Below are positions 19,760-28,574 of a stretch of 64,000 nt of DNA, piece after piece; the first letter of the stretch is position 1; each line of letters opens with the position of its first letter. The stretch is from Christensenella sp. GTDB taxonomy: Bacteria; Bacillota; Clostridia; Christensenellales; Christensenellaceae. Below the pieces are notes generated by a model. It searched no databases and was not told where the DNA came from. It was given only the letters and a program-made list of their open reading frames with translations. The stretch spans positions 70,220 through 134,219 of the forward strand of contig JAYFQX010000005.1 of the NCBI GenBank assembly GCA_034926635.1, read 5' to 3'. The translations under genes and the position numbers were made by a program.

Positions 19760-20242
19760 TTATTTGATGATACGCCACTTACCTACGACAGGTAGTTCTT
19801 TCATCTCTCCTTTTAGCGCGTTGATAATACCAATGATGGCCAGCACGGCAATCAAGATACTGACAATGGTAGAAAGGATCGACACGATCCCCCATGCGCC
19901 CCATGCACCCAGTGAAAACGGGTTCCATAAAACAGCGTTGCTGATGATAGAAAACACGATAATATCGATCAGCCAAAGAATGAATACATTAAAGCCTTGT
20001 ACTGCATGAAAATGTGCAAATTTGGAATCCTTGGCCGCAACAAGCGGGATAAAAAACAGGCAAAAGCAATAGGCAAGTACGGCCACCAGCTTATTGTTTT
20101 GAGCGTCTTGTTGTACGCTTGTGCCGGACGGCGCTTTGTTTGAATCGGCCGCCGTGGACTGCGCGCCCACGGGACTTCCGCATGTCGGGCAAAAACGCGT
20201 ACTTTCATCAAATTGCGTTCCACAGTTTTTACAAGTAATCAT
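19760..20242 (-). CDS. Zinc-ribbon plus DUF4870/Tic20-like membrane protein
   Basis: CKNCG...CPTCG, polar linker, then LVAVLAY...FHAVQG and three hydrophobic helices. Confidence 0.8.
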   Translation of the reverse strand: MITCKNCGTQFDESTRFCPTCGSPVGAQSTAADSNKAPSGTSVQQDAQNNKLVAVLAYCFCLFFIPLVAAKDSKFAHFHAVQGFNVFILWLIDIIVFSIISNAVLWNPFSLGAWGAWGIVSILSTIVSILIAVLAIIGIINALKGEMKELPVVGKWRIIK

Positions 20243-20309
20243 AATTTTTTCCCTCTTTTCAGTCATTGGTTTGAGAGTGTGCAACATGGCGCGCCGCGCC
20301 GCAAGTTTT

Positions 20310-21062
20310 TTACAGTTTTGTTCCGCATTCTCCGCAGAATTTCATGCCGGGCTCTACCTCCGCGCCGCATGCCGGGCATTTTTGGGGCAGCGCGGTATTC
20401 ATAGGTGTTCCGCATTCATTGCAAAATTTTATTCCCAGCGCAACTTTTGCGCCGCATGCCGGGCATACCTGCATTGCCATGGGCGCGCCGCAGTTGTTAC
20501 AGAATTTGCCGTTCCCGGCGGGTTTGCCACATACGGGGCAAACGGTGGTTTTGCTTTCAAGTTCTCCTTTCCAGACGATAGCTGTGTCCGCGAGATCGTC
20601 AATGTTTTTCTTCATTGCGGTCGCGCGTGCTTTTGCGACATAGACTTCTTGACGCGGCGCACATTCTACACACAAGCCTTCGTCTTCGTTATAATCCGCA
20701 TCGCATACCCATTTTTGGCAGCCGTGACAGCGGTGAAAATGTTGTTTTGCTTCGTTCTGCGCCATTTCAAAAGCACGCTGGTGTTCCTTTTGCCATTCCG
20801 GGCTGCGTTCTTCAAACCGTTCGGATAAAATGTCGCCACCGCGCTCGGCAGCCCAGCCGACACTGCTTGCTTGCCCGCCAAATAGACTACCTAAAATTCC
20901 GGCACCTGCGGAAAGCCCGCGCATCCCCTTCTTTTTTTTATAAGTTTGCGATTCGATAAAGGATGTTTTATATCCATCCTGACAGATATCACAGTAAAAC
21001 GTAAATTGAAAGCCTGCTTCCGTAGAGTTGTCTTCATAGTTTCTTGTGAATGATTTTAGCAT
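20310..21062 (-). CDS. Cys-rich protein: novel Zn-finger domain with Gly-rich insert plus three zinc ribbons
   Basis: 19 Cys; CDIC, CHGC-WVC, CVEC then CPVC/CNNC, CPAC/CNEC, CPAC/CGEC; GGAGG RBS. Confidence 0.82.
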   Translation of the reverse strand: MLKSFTRNYEDNSTEAGFQFTFYCDICQDGYKTSFIESQTYKKKKGMRGLSAGAGILGSLFGGQASSVGWAAERGGDILSERFEERSPEWQKEHQRAFEMAQNEAKQHFHRCHGCQKWVCDADYNEDEGLCVECAPRQEVYVAKARATAMKKNIDDLADTAIVWKGELESKTTVCPVCGKPAGNGKFCNNCGAPMAMQVCPACGAKVALGIKFCNECGTPMNTALPQKCPACGAEVEPGMKFCGECGTKL

Positions 21063-21073
21063 GCTGTTCCCTC

Positions 21074-21415
21074 CTATTTTCCGATTTTTGTTTTTATTTT
21101 TTTCCCGCATGCGGTACAGTATTCATTTTCAAAAAATTGTTCCTGTCCGCACCGTTTGTTACTGCATTTCACCATCAAACTGCGTCCGCATGCCTCGCAC
21201 CGATCCCCGACAAAGGTTTTTGCGCCGCAAAAAGGGCATGAGATAAAGAGTGGTCTGCCACAGCCTGCGCAGCACGCGTCGGTTTTGCTGATTTCACGCA
21301 GGCAGGTAGGACAGTGGTATCCAAAGGGGCTTCGGCTGCCGCATTTTGGACAAAAAAGCGCGTCGCGGTCAATCAGTGTTCCGCAATGGATGCATGGTTG
21401 CCGATAGGTACTCAT
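21074..21415 (-). CDS. Quadruple zinc-ribbon protein
   Basis: 17 Cys in 113 aa arranged as eight CxxC-type pairs; GGAGG RBS. Confidence 0.82.
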   Translation of the reverse strand: MSTYRQPCIHCGTLIDRDALFCPKCGSRSPFGYHCPTCLREISKTDACCAGCGRPLFISCPFCGAKTFVGDRCEACGRSLMVKCSNKRCGQEQFFENEYCTACGKKIKTKIGK

Positions 21416-21419
21416 AAAA

Positions 21420-21902
21420 TTATTCCTCCTGTAAGCGGTTGCCGCACTCTCCGCAGAATCGGGTTCCGGGAGGGTTGCTTGCGCCGCAAGCCGGGCAGTT
21501 GAGACTTGTGGATACGCCCAGACGTGTCCCGCATTCTTGGCAGAATTTTATGCCGTCCGGGTTTTCTATTCCGCAAGCCGGGCAGGTGCGCAAGGCTTTT
21601 GCCTGCTGTTCCTCTTGTTCCTGAGCCCGCTGCTCTGCACTTGCCGCAGACAACCGGGATTCCGCCTGCTTTTGATTTTCCTGCACGAGCCGCAGTCTGG
21701 CGGAGATTTCAGGAAAGCCTTCGTCTCCGTAGGTCGTCAGCGCATTTTTCCCGATTTCCGCATATAATTCCATCTCTTGTTTTTTGAGATCCTCCAACTC
21801 TGATTGCGCGTTAAAAACCTTGACTGCGGGATCGTTTTGCGGCATTAGACCCGAGAATCCTTTCATCAAACCGCCAAGACCTCCAAAAAAATCGTTACTC
21901 AA
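21420..21902 (-). CDS. Coiled-coil plus double zinc-ribbon protein
   Basis: Gly-rich amphipathic N-terminus, ELEDLKKQEMELYAEIG coiled coil, CPAC/CQEC and CPAC/CGEC; TTG start behind AAGGAGG. Confidence 0.82.
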   Translation of the reverse strand: MSNDFFGGLGGLMKGFSGLMPQNDPAVKVFNAQSELEDLKKQEMELYAEIGKNALTTYGDEGFPEISARLRLVQENQKQAESRLSAASAEQRAQEQEEQQAKALRTCPACGIENPDGIKFCQECGTRLGVSTSLNCPACGASNPPGTRFCGECGNRLQEE

Positions 21903-21918
21903 AGCTTGATCCTCCTTT

Positions 21919-22173
21919 TTACCGTTTTTCGGCGCACTTTATACACAGCATCACATCTTCCCGGTAGTCGTGGTCGCATACCCAGCGTCCGCATAATCTG
22001 CATCGGTTAAAATAGCGGCGTGCTTCTTTTTGTGCAATGTCGAGCGCTTCTTCGTAGGAAGCCGATACCACCAGGGGCGTCTGATACTTTTTGCCGCAAA
22101 CATCACAGAAAAATGCAAAAGAAAATCCGTGCACCGTACCATATGATCTATAATTCTTTGTAAAAACCTTCAT
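21919..22173 (-). CDS. Stand-alone Zn-finger domain protein, paralog of the N-terminal domain of 20310-21062
   Basis: FTKNY..GFSFAFFCDVC...AQKEA..FNRCRLCGRWVCDHDY..LCIKCA; start re-called to ATG 22173 behind GGAGG. Confidence 0.78.
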   Translation of the reverse strand: MKVFTKNYRSYGTVHGFSFAFFCDVCGKKYQTPLVVSASYEEALDIAQKEARRYFNRCRLCGRWVCDHDYREDVMLCIKCAEKR

Positions 22174-22303
22174 CTTGCCCTCCGCCCGGATCATCCCGGT
22201 CAAGACACGAAAGGAAAACCTCCAGCCTAAGAAGATCGTCTTCACCCAGCGTACGTATCTCTTTAAGCAGGAAGGCGAGCAGCTCGTCCCGGCTCTGGTC
22301 CAT
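22148..22303 (-). CDS. Unannotated 51-aa protein resembling the C-terminal helices of the XRE regulator at 25661 (SinI-like candidate)
   Basis: Translated by hand: MDQSRDELLAFLLKEIRTLGEDDLLRLEVFLSCLDRDDPGGGQDEGFYKEL; RBS AAAGGGGAG 7 nt upstream; overlaps the next gene by 26 nt; below the track's 60-aa cutoff. Confidence 0.72.
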   Translation of the reverse strand: MDQSRDELLAFLLKEIRTLGEDDLLRLEVFLSCLDRDDPGGGQDEGFYKEL

Positions 22304-22458
22304 AGATATCTCCCCTTTCGGCAATACTAAAAATTATATGGACTAAGTTAGATGTTTTCGATACAATGAATGGGAATGGAAGAATGATTTCCGACAGTAT
22401 CGTTTGGATGATGACGGTTACTGCCTACTGCTACCATAGCAATTTATTTGTTTTTTGT

Positions 22459-22477
22459 AATCACCCCGAGGGTGATT
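22459..22477. promoter_or_regulatory. Inverted repeat in the divergent promoter region, candidate regulator site
   Basis: AATCACCC-CGA-GGGTGATT. Confidence 0.45.
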
Positions 22478-22556
22478 TTTCAGGAAATAGCTTCGATTTT
22501 TATCAAATGCCCTGTGGGAAGCAGCCGGAATTCATTTTGCCGGGAGGGGAAAATCA

Positions 22557-23963
22557 ATGAAGAAAAAGATGATATGTATTGCTGTCTGCGTACTTATTTG
22601 TTGTACGGCGCTGCTGGGGTGTACGGCGGGACCTCTTGATCCGGGTAACCCGGTGACTGTTACGCTGTGGCACAACTATGGCGGACAGATGAAGACAACC
22701 ATGGATGAACTTGTGGATGAATTCAATAGCACGGTTGGTCATGAAAAGGGGATTATATTAAGTGTGACGTCAATATCCAGCTCTGCCACGCTGCAGGAAA
22801 AACTGGATATGGCTGCCAACGGAGACCCGGGTGCGCCGGCGTTGCCTGATATTACCACCTGTTATCCCAAGACCGCGCTTAACCTGAAAGAAAACGAGCA
22901 GCTCTGTGATTTGTCAGATCAATTTACAGAGGAAGAGCTTTCGGCATACGTACCCAGGTTTTTGGAGGAGGGTACGATTGACGGAGATCTGTATGTATTC
23001 CCGATTGCAAAATCAACAGAAGTTTTATTTGTAAACCAAACATTGTTTGACCGATTTGCGGCAGAAAGCGGCGTTACATTGGAAGACCTTTCCACATTTG
23101 AAGGGATTGCGGATGCAGCGCGGAAGTATTATGACTGGACCGACGCAAAAACGCCGGAGGTTCCGCTGGATGGAAAGGCTTTTTATGCGGCGGATTCGCT
23201 GTTTAATCTGGCGCAGGTAGGGATGGAGCAAATAGGGGAATCGCTTTTGTCCGGACAATCGCTGGATTTATCGACGGAAGGATACCGGCGAATCTGGGAT
23301 TTTTATTTTGACCCGGCTGTAGCCGGCGGGGCCGCAATTTATGATGGCTATTCTTCCGATCTTTCCAAAACAGGCGATATTGTCTGCTCGACAGGCTCGA
23401 CGGCGGGAATCCTGTTTTATGGTGACGAAATAACATACCCTGACAATATCACGGAAAAAGTGGAATATACGGTATTGCCATACCCTGTATTTGAGGGCGG
23501 GGAAAAAATAGCGATCCAGCGCGGCGGCGGTATGTGCGTTACCAGCTCGACTCCGGAAAAAGAATATGCGGCGGCGGTATTCCTGAAATGGTTTACAGCG
23601 CCGGAGCAGAATATGAAATTTGTTTCTTCTACCGGTTATCTTCCGGTTACGCAGGAGGCTTTTGATAATATTCTGGAAGAAGAAATGGATGCAATAGAAA
23701 ACAGAAATATTCAAAAACTTTTGATGGCGGCAGCAACCATGCAGCGTGAATATGATTTTTATATCCCGCCTACATTTGCAGGATTTGACGAAATAGGCGA
23801 TGCTTACGAAGAAGGGCTGAGAGCGAAAGTTAAGACCGCGCAGGCCGGTTATAAAGCGGCGGTTTTATCCGGAGAGGCGCCGGAAGCTGCGTTTGAAAAG
23901 GCGGCGGACGGAGCACAGGCTTCTTTTACAGAAGGATTTTTGAACACAGCGGTAAGGAAGTAA
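22557..23963 (+). CDS. Extracellular solute-binding lipoprotein (family 1) with no adjacent permease
   Basis: Lipobox ALLGC; TLWHNY, PIAKSTEVLFVN, AAVFLKWFT, TGYLPV motifs. Confidence 0.88.
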   Translation: MKKKMICIAVCVLICCTALLGCTAGPLDPGNPVTVTLWHNYGGQMKTTMDELVDEFNSTVGHEKGIILSVTSISSSATLQEKLDMAANGDPGAPALPDITTCYPKTALNLKENEQLCDLSDQFTEEELSAYVPRFLEEGTIDGDLYVFPIAKSTEVLFVNQTLFDRFAAESGVTLEDLSTFEGIADAARKYYDWTDAKTPEVPLDGKAFYAADSLFNLAQVGMEQIGESLLSGQSLDLSTEGYRRIWDFYFDPAVAGGAAIYDGYSSDLSKTGDIVCSTGSTAGILFYGDEITYPDNITEKVEYTVLPYPVFEGGEKIAIQRGGGMCVTSSTPEKEYAAAVFLKWFTAPEQNMKFVSSTGYLPVTQEAFDNILEEEMDAIENRNIQKLLMAAATMQREYDFYIPPTFAGFDEIGDAYEEGLRAKVKTAQAGYKAAVLSGEAPEAAFEKAADGAQASFTEGFLNTAVRK

Positions 23964-24010
23964 TCCGCGTCCGGTCATAAAAAAAATCGGCGTAAGGAAA
24001 GGCGGCTTTC

Positions 24011-25648
24011 TTGAGCAAGGAAAAAAAACTGTTTCGGCAATTGAAAGAGGGATGGATAAAGACAGGAAAAAACGGAGCGTCCATGCAGCTTCGTCTGTTC
24101 TGTTTCTTTACGCTGCTTGTTGTGACGGTGGTGCTCGGGGTACTTGCCGTTTTGTTTGCGACGGGTATTTTTTCTGCCGGAAGTCGTGAAACCAAAACCA
24201 TCCTGCAAGGAGAAATAACGCATCTTTCCCAGAATGCCGCAGAACAGTTTGGTAATCTTTCTATCCAAAGCGTTGCACTGTCGCAAGAAATATCCAATAG
24301 TATGGAAGCATATATAAAGACGCTGGGGCTCACTCCGGAGGAAATTGCGCATAACCCCGAGGCGCTGGAGGCGTTGTTGGGGAGCCAGTTTGACAGGATG
24401 ACGGGGGCGCTTGAATCGGTAAAGAGCAGCGGGGTATTTCTGATTTTGGACGCCACAATAAATCCGGAGGCTGAAAATGCCGAAAATTCGCGCGCCGGGT
24501 TATTTATAAAAAATATGGAGCCAAACATCCTGAATGCTTCTGCGCCGAATATTTTGATGATCCGCGGACCTGTTGCGATTGCGCGGGAAAACGGGTATAA
24601 TATTCATTCTCAGTGGAAGATGGAATTTGATACTGAGGGAGCCGATTATTATACGTTGCCGATGCAGGCGGCCCGGGAAACAAAGTTACAGCTCTCACGT
24701 CTATATTACTGGTGCCCAAATGTACGACTGCCGGAAACCAATGAAACCATCATGCTTTGCAGCGTGCCTTTGATTGCGTCCGATGGAACGGTGTTTGGTG
24801 TTTGTGGGTTTGAAGTGAGCGAGATGCTGTTTAAACTGGCGAATATGCCGGATAATTCGACTTATACCCGTATTTTTTGTATGATTTCACCCGTGGAGGG
24901 AAACCGGCTGAATACGCAAAACGCGCTGCTGGCGGGGAACTATTCTGCGCTGCCCCATGACGGCGCGGCAAGAGAACTGTTGGCGCGTCCGGGGGAAGAT
25001 TCGTTCGACCGCTTTGAATGGGACGGAGAAACGCTTTATGCGGGGATGTACACGCCGTTGCAGATGTATCCGCGCGGCTCAGCGTTTGAAAACTGCGGAT
25101 GGGCGTTTTCGCTGATGATGCCGGAGCAGGATCTATTAGAAGTGGTTTCTCTGCAAAGAAACTATTTGATTTTGTTCTTACTGCTGCTGATGGCAGGAGG
25201 CGTTGCGGCGGTGCTGCTTGTCAGTAAAAAAGTATTACGTCCCATGATGGATGCTTTGGAAACGTTGAAGACGAAAGGACCGTCGGGGCTTACAAAGACG
25301 CACATTCTGGAAATCGATGATTTTATCGCGTTTTTATCCGCGCAAGATGATGCGTCAAAACAACCGGGGGAAAAGACGACCCCGCAGCAGCACGGTTTTT
25401 CTAAGTACGAGGAATTTGTGAAAAATATTGAAACGCTTTCGCCCGCGGAGCGTGCTGTTTTTAATCTTTATATGAAGGGGTATACGGCGAAGGAGATCGC
25501 GGAAATCCTATGTTTGAGTATTAATACGATCAAGACGCATAATAAGCGTATTTATATGAAGTTAAACGTGACGTCACGCAAAGAATTGATGGTTTACGTA
25601 GATATGATGGCAGAGTCGCGCGGGATGCCGCGGCGTGAAGAAAAATAG
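24011..25648 (+). CDS. Membrane-anchored one-component regulator: TM-extracellular sensor-TM-LuxR HTH
   Basis: Two hydrophobic helices flanking about 330 aa; C-terminal LSPAERAVF...GYTAKEIAEILCLSINTIKTHNKRIYMKLNV; alternative start ATG 24083. Confidence 0.85.
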   Translation: MSKEKKLFRQLKEGWIKTGKNGASMQLRLFCFFTLLVVTVVLGVLAVLFATGIFSAGSRETKTILQGEITHLSQNAAEQFGNLSIQSVALSQEISNSMEAYIKTLGLTPEEIAHNPEALEALLGSQFDRMTGALESVKSSGVFLILDATINPEAENAENSRAGLFIKNMEPNILNASAPNILMIRGPVAIARENGYNIHSQWKMEFDTEGADYYTLPMQAARETKLQLSRLYYWCPNVRLPETNETIMLCSVPLIASDGTVFGVCGFEVSEMLFKLANMPDNSTYTRIFCMISPVEGNRLNTQNALLAGNYSALPHDGAARELLARPGEDSFDRFEWDGETLYAGMYTPLQMYPRGSAFENCGWAFSLMMPEQDLLEVVSLQRNYLILFLLLLMAGGVAAVLLVSKKVLRPMMDALETLKTKGPSGLTKTHILEIDDFIAFLSAQDDASKQPGEKTTPQQHGFSKYEEFVKNIETLSPAERAVFNLYMKGYTAKEIAEILCLSINTIKTHNKRIYMKLNVTSRKELMVYVDMMAESRGMPRREEK

Positions 25649-25660
25649 GCGGGAGAATGG

Positions 25661-25993
25661 ATGGACACCTTAGCAGACAGAATCAAACAGATCCTCGCGG
25701 AACAAAACTTAAAACAGGCGGAATTTGCGCGGGCATTGGGGATCAGCGCCAACTATGTGTATTTGCTTACAAGCGGAAAAAAGAAAGCAATTTCAAAGAC
25801 GCTTTCTCGGTTGATTGAGACGTTCTATGGATATCAAGCGGGCTGGGTGCGCGGCGAACCCGGTATGGAAGGCGTTGCCAGAGTCAGCAGCCTTCGGCGG
25901 CGGACGTCTGAACAGATTTGTCGTCTTGCGCCGGAAGATCTTAAAAAAGTAGCAGCATTTTTGCATACGCTTGATCAGCGAAAAAAGAACTAA
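25661..25993 (+). CDS. XRE family HTH regulator with short C-terminal helical domain
   Basis: RIKQILAEQNLKQAEFARALGISANYV HTH; GGGAG RBS. Confidence 0.88.
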   Translation: MDTLADRIKQILAEQNLKQAEFARALGISANYVYLLTSGKKKAISKTLSRLIETFYGYQAGWVRGEPGMEGVARVSSLRRRTSEQICRLAPEDLKKVAAFLHTLDQRKKN

Positions 25994-26084
25994 AAAAAGA
26001 GCGAAAAAAGCAGGCGTTTTTTAGAAGAAAACAGCCTGTTTTTGCCGCTCAGGCAAAGTTTTTGTAAAATATGATCGGATTCAT

Positions 26085-26114
26085 TTGACAATAGCGGGGA
26101 ATCAATGCTATAAT
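26085..26114 (+). promoter_or_regulatory. Consensus sigmaA promoter of glgP
   Basis: TTGACA-18bp-TATAAT with extended TGn. Confidence 0.75.
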
Positions 26115-26167
26115 GCGCATATTTTCAATGATAGGGAGTGGGTAACGGTCCTTTTGGACAGGAGGAA

Positions 26168-28495
26168 ATGATGGAGCTATTAAACAGGACGGAAGAAATC
26201 GTGCGGCAGGATATGCGCAAGGAGCTGTGCGAGGTTAACGCAGAGGAATTGCAGGAAGCGATTGCCAAAGCGGTGTTAGAATCAATTTCTTTAGAATGGA
26301 AGAAAACGCGTGGAGAAAAAACGCGCAAAGCATATTATTTTTCTGCAGAATACCTGATTGGAAGAATGGTATTTCATAACCTGTATGCCCTTGGATGGCT
26401 AAAAGAGGCGAGGGAACAATTTTTAGCGCGCGGCGTAGACCTTTCGAAAATGGAAGAGATCGAAGATGCGGCGATCGGCAACGGCGGACTTGGACGCCTT
26501 GCGGCTTGTTTTTTGGATTCTGCGGCGACAATGGGACTGCCGCTTAATGGTTATGGAATTAAGTATAAAAACGGGCTTTTTCGCCAGAAGATCAGCGATG
26601 GATTTCAGGTAGAAGAAGCGGATGACTGGAACAGCGACAGAGATCCATGGTTTGTTCGCAGCGAGCAGGACAGCGTGACTGTGCACTATCGCGGACAAGA
26701 AGTGATTGCGGTGCCATATGATATGCCGGTGATCGGATATAAATCCGGGGAAGTCAATACGCTCAGGCTGTGGCAGGCAGAAGCCGGGAAAGAATTTGAT
26801 TTTGCACGGTTTAACGCAGGCGATTACGCCGGTGCGGTAGAAGAAAAGAACAATGCAGAAATGATTACCCGGGTGCTCTATCCAAATGATAGTGCGCCGG
26901 AAGGAAAACGGCTGCGTCTGAAGCAGGAGTACTTCTTTTCCAGCGCATCGCTTCAGGATCTGCTGCGGCGGTTTGAAAAAGAATATGGCAGTGATTTCGG
27001 CGAATTCGCAAAATATCATGCAATCCAGCTTAACGATACGCACCCGGTGGTTGCGATCCCAGAACTCATCCGTCTTTTGATGCAGAAGGGGATGGAGTTT
27101 GAAGACGCTTTTGCAGTCGCACGGGAGACTTTTTCCTACACCAACCACACGATTATGGCAGAAGCGCTGGAGACATGGGATATTGGGCTATTCCGGGATT
27201 TGCTTCCGGAGGTTTATGATATTATCGTATTGTTAAACGACAGGCTGCTTATGGAGCTTGATGGCAGAAATCAGGCAGAGCTGGAGATTTTGCATGACGG
27301 GTCAATCCAGATGGCGAGGCTGGCGGTCTATGCGTCGTCTTGCGTGAATGGCGTAGCGGAGATCCATACGGAATTGCTCAAGCAAAATGTTTTGCATGAT
27401 TGGTATGCGTGGTTTCCCGAGAGGTTTCAAAACAAGACGAACGGCGTCACGCAGCGGCGGTGGCTGGGCCTTTGCGATCCGGAGCTTGCACGGCTAATCT
27501 CCGGCAAAATCGGCTGGGATTGGCTGAAAGATTTTTCGCAGATCCAAAATATTGAGCCGTATATTGCAGACGACGCATTTGTACGTGATTTTTTGCAAGT
27601 GAAAAAAATCCGTAAAGAAAAGCTTGCCGATTACATTTATAAGCGTGATAAGACGGCTGTGCGCGCGGATTCGGTTTTTGACATCCAGATCAAACGTCTG
27701 CATGAATATAAACGGCAGCTTTTAAACGCGTTTTCCATTGTGGATATTTATTTTCGGATCAAAGACGGAGAACTTGTGGATTTTCCGCGTATGACGTTTG
27801 TATTTGGCTCGAAGGCTGCGCCGGGATATTATGTTGCAAAAGGGATTATTAAATATATCAATGAAATCAGCCGGGTGATTGCGGCAGATGATCAGGTGAA
27901 CGAAATTTTGCAGGTGGTGTTTGCTTCCAATTACGATGTATCGTATGCACAGAAGCTTGTTCCGGCGGCAAATATTTCCGAGCAGATCTCTACGGCAGGA
28001 ACCGAGGCGTCCGGCACAGGCAATATGAAGTTTATGATGAACGGTGCGGTGACGCTGGGCACGTATGACGGGGCAAATGTGGAAATTGTCCGGCAGGCCG
28101 GAGAAGAGAACAATTATATTTTTGGCGCACGAGTGGAAGACTTACAGCGCATTGGCGGCAGTTATCGTCCGATGGAAATTTATGAAAAAGACGCACGAAT
28201 CCGCAGGGTGGTGGATACGCTGATAGACGGTACTTTTTCTGACGGCGGGACAGGAATGTTTGGTGTGATTTATGACCAGCTTTTGCATGGCGGAAACGGA
28301 CAGGAAGCCGACCACTATAAGGTGCTGCTGGATTTTGGAGATTATATGTGTCAAAAACTGCGCGCGATCTATGATACAAAGGATGAAATGATGTTTGGAC
28401 GCAAGTGCCTTTATAACATCGCCAGAAGCGGCATGTTTTCCAGTGATCGCACGGTTGCGGAATATGCACGGGATATCTGGCATATCGAAAAATAA
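26168..28495 (+). CDS. glgP: Glycogen/starch/maltodextrin phosphorylase
   Basis: GNGGLGRLAACF, QLNDTHP, NKTNGVT, IKRLHEYKRQ, EASGTGNMKF; start ATG 26168 (GGAGG) or GTG 26138. Confidence 0.95.
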   Translation: MMELLNRTEEIVRQDMRKELCEVNAEELQEAIAKAVLESISLEWKKTRGEKTRKAYYFSAEYLIGRMVFHNLYALGWLKEAREQFLARGVDLSKMEEIEDAAIGNGGLGRLAACFLDSAATMGLPLNGYGIKYKNGLFRQKISDGFQVEEADDWNSDRDPWFVRSEQDSVTVHYRGQEVIAVPYDMPVIGYKSGEVNTLRLWQAEAGKEFDFARFNAGDYAGAVEEKNNAEMITRVLYPNDSAPEGKRLRLKQEYFFSSASLQDLLRRFEKEYGSDFGEFAKYHAIQLNDTHPVVAIPELIRLLMQKGMEFEDAFAVARETFSYTNHTIMAEALETWDIGLFRDLLPEVYDIIVLLNDRLLMELDGRNQAELEILHDGSIQMARLAVYASSCVNGVAEIHTELLKQNVLHDWYAWFPERFQNKTNGVTQRRWLGLCDPELARLISGKIGWDWLKDFSQIQNIEPYIADDAFVRDFLQVKKIRKEKLADYIYKRDKTAVRADSVFDIQIKRLHEYKRQLLNAFSIVDIYFRIKDGELVDFPRMTFVFGSKAAPGYYVAKGIIKYINEISRVIAADDQVNEILQVVFASNYDVSYAQKLVPAANISEQISTAGTEASGTGNMKFMMNGAVTLGTYDGANVEIVRQAGEENNYIFGARVEDLQRIGGSYRPMEIYEKDARIRRVVDTLIDGTFSDGGTGMFGVIYDQLLHGGNGQEADHYKVLLDFGDYMCQKLRAIYDTKDEMMFGRKCLYNIARSGMFSSDRTVAEYARDIWHIEK

Positions 28496-28504
28496 ATTTT
28501 TATC

Positions 28505-28538
28505 AACAAAAAAGAGCCTTATAAGGCTCTTTTTTGTT
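28505..28538. terminator. Bidirectional intrinsic terminator
   Basis: AACAAAAAAGAGCCTT-AT-AAGGCTCTTTTTTGTT between convergent genes. Confidence 0.85.
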
Positions 28539-28574
28539 ATATTCATTTTCAGGAAGAAAAAAAGGATAGCTTTT

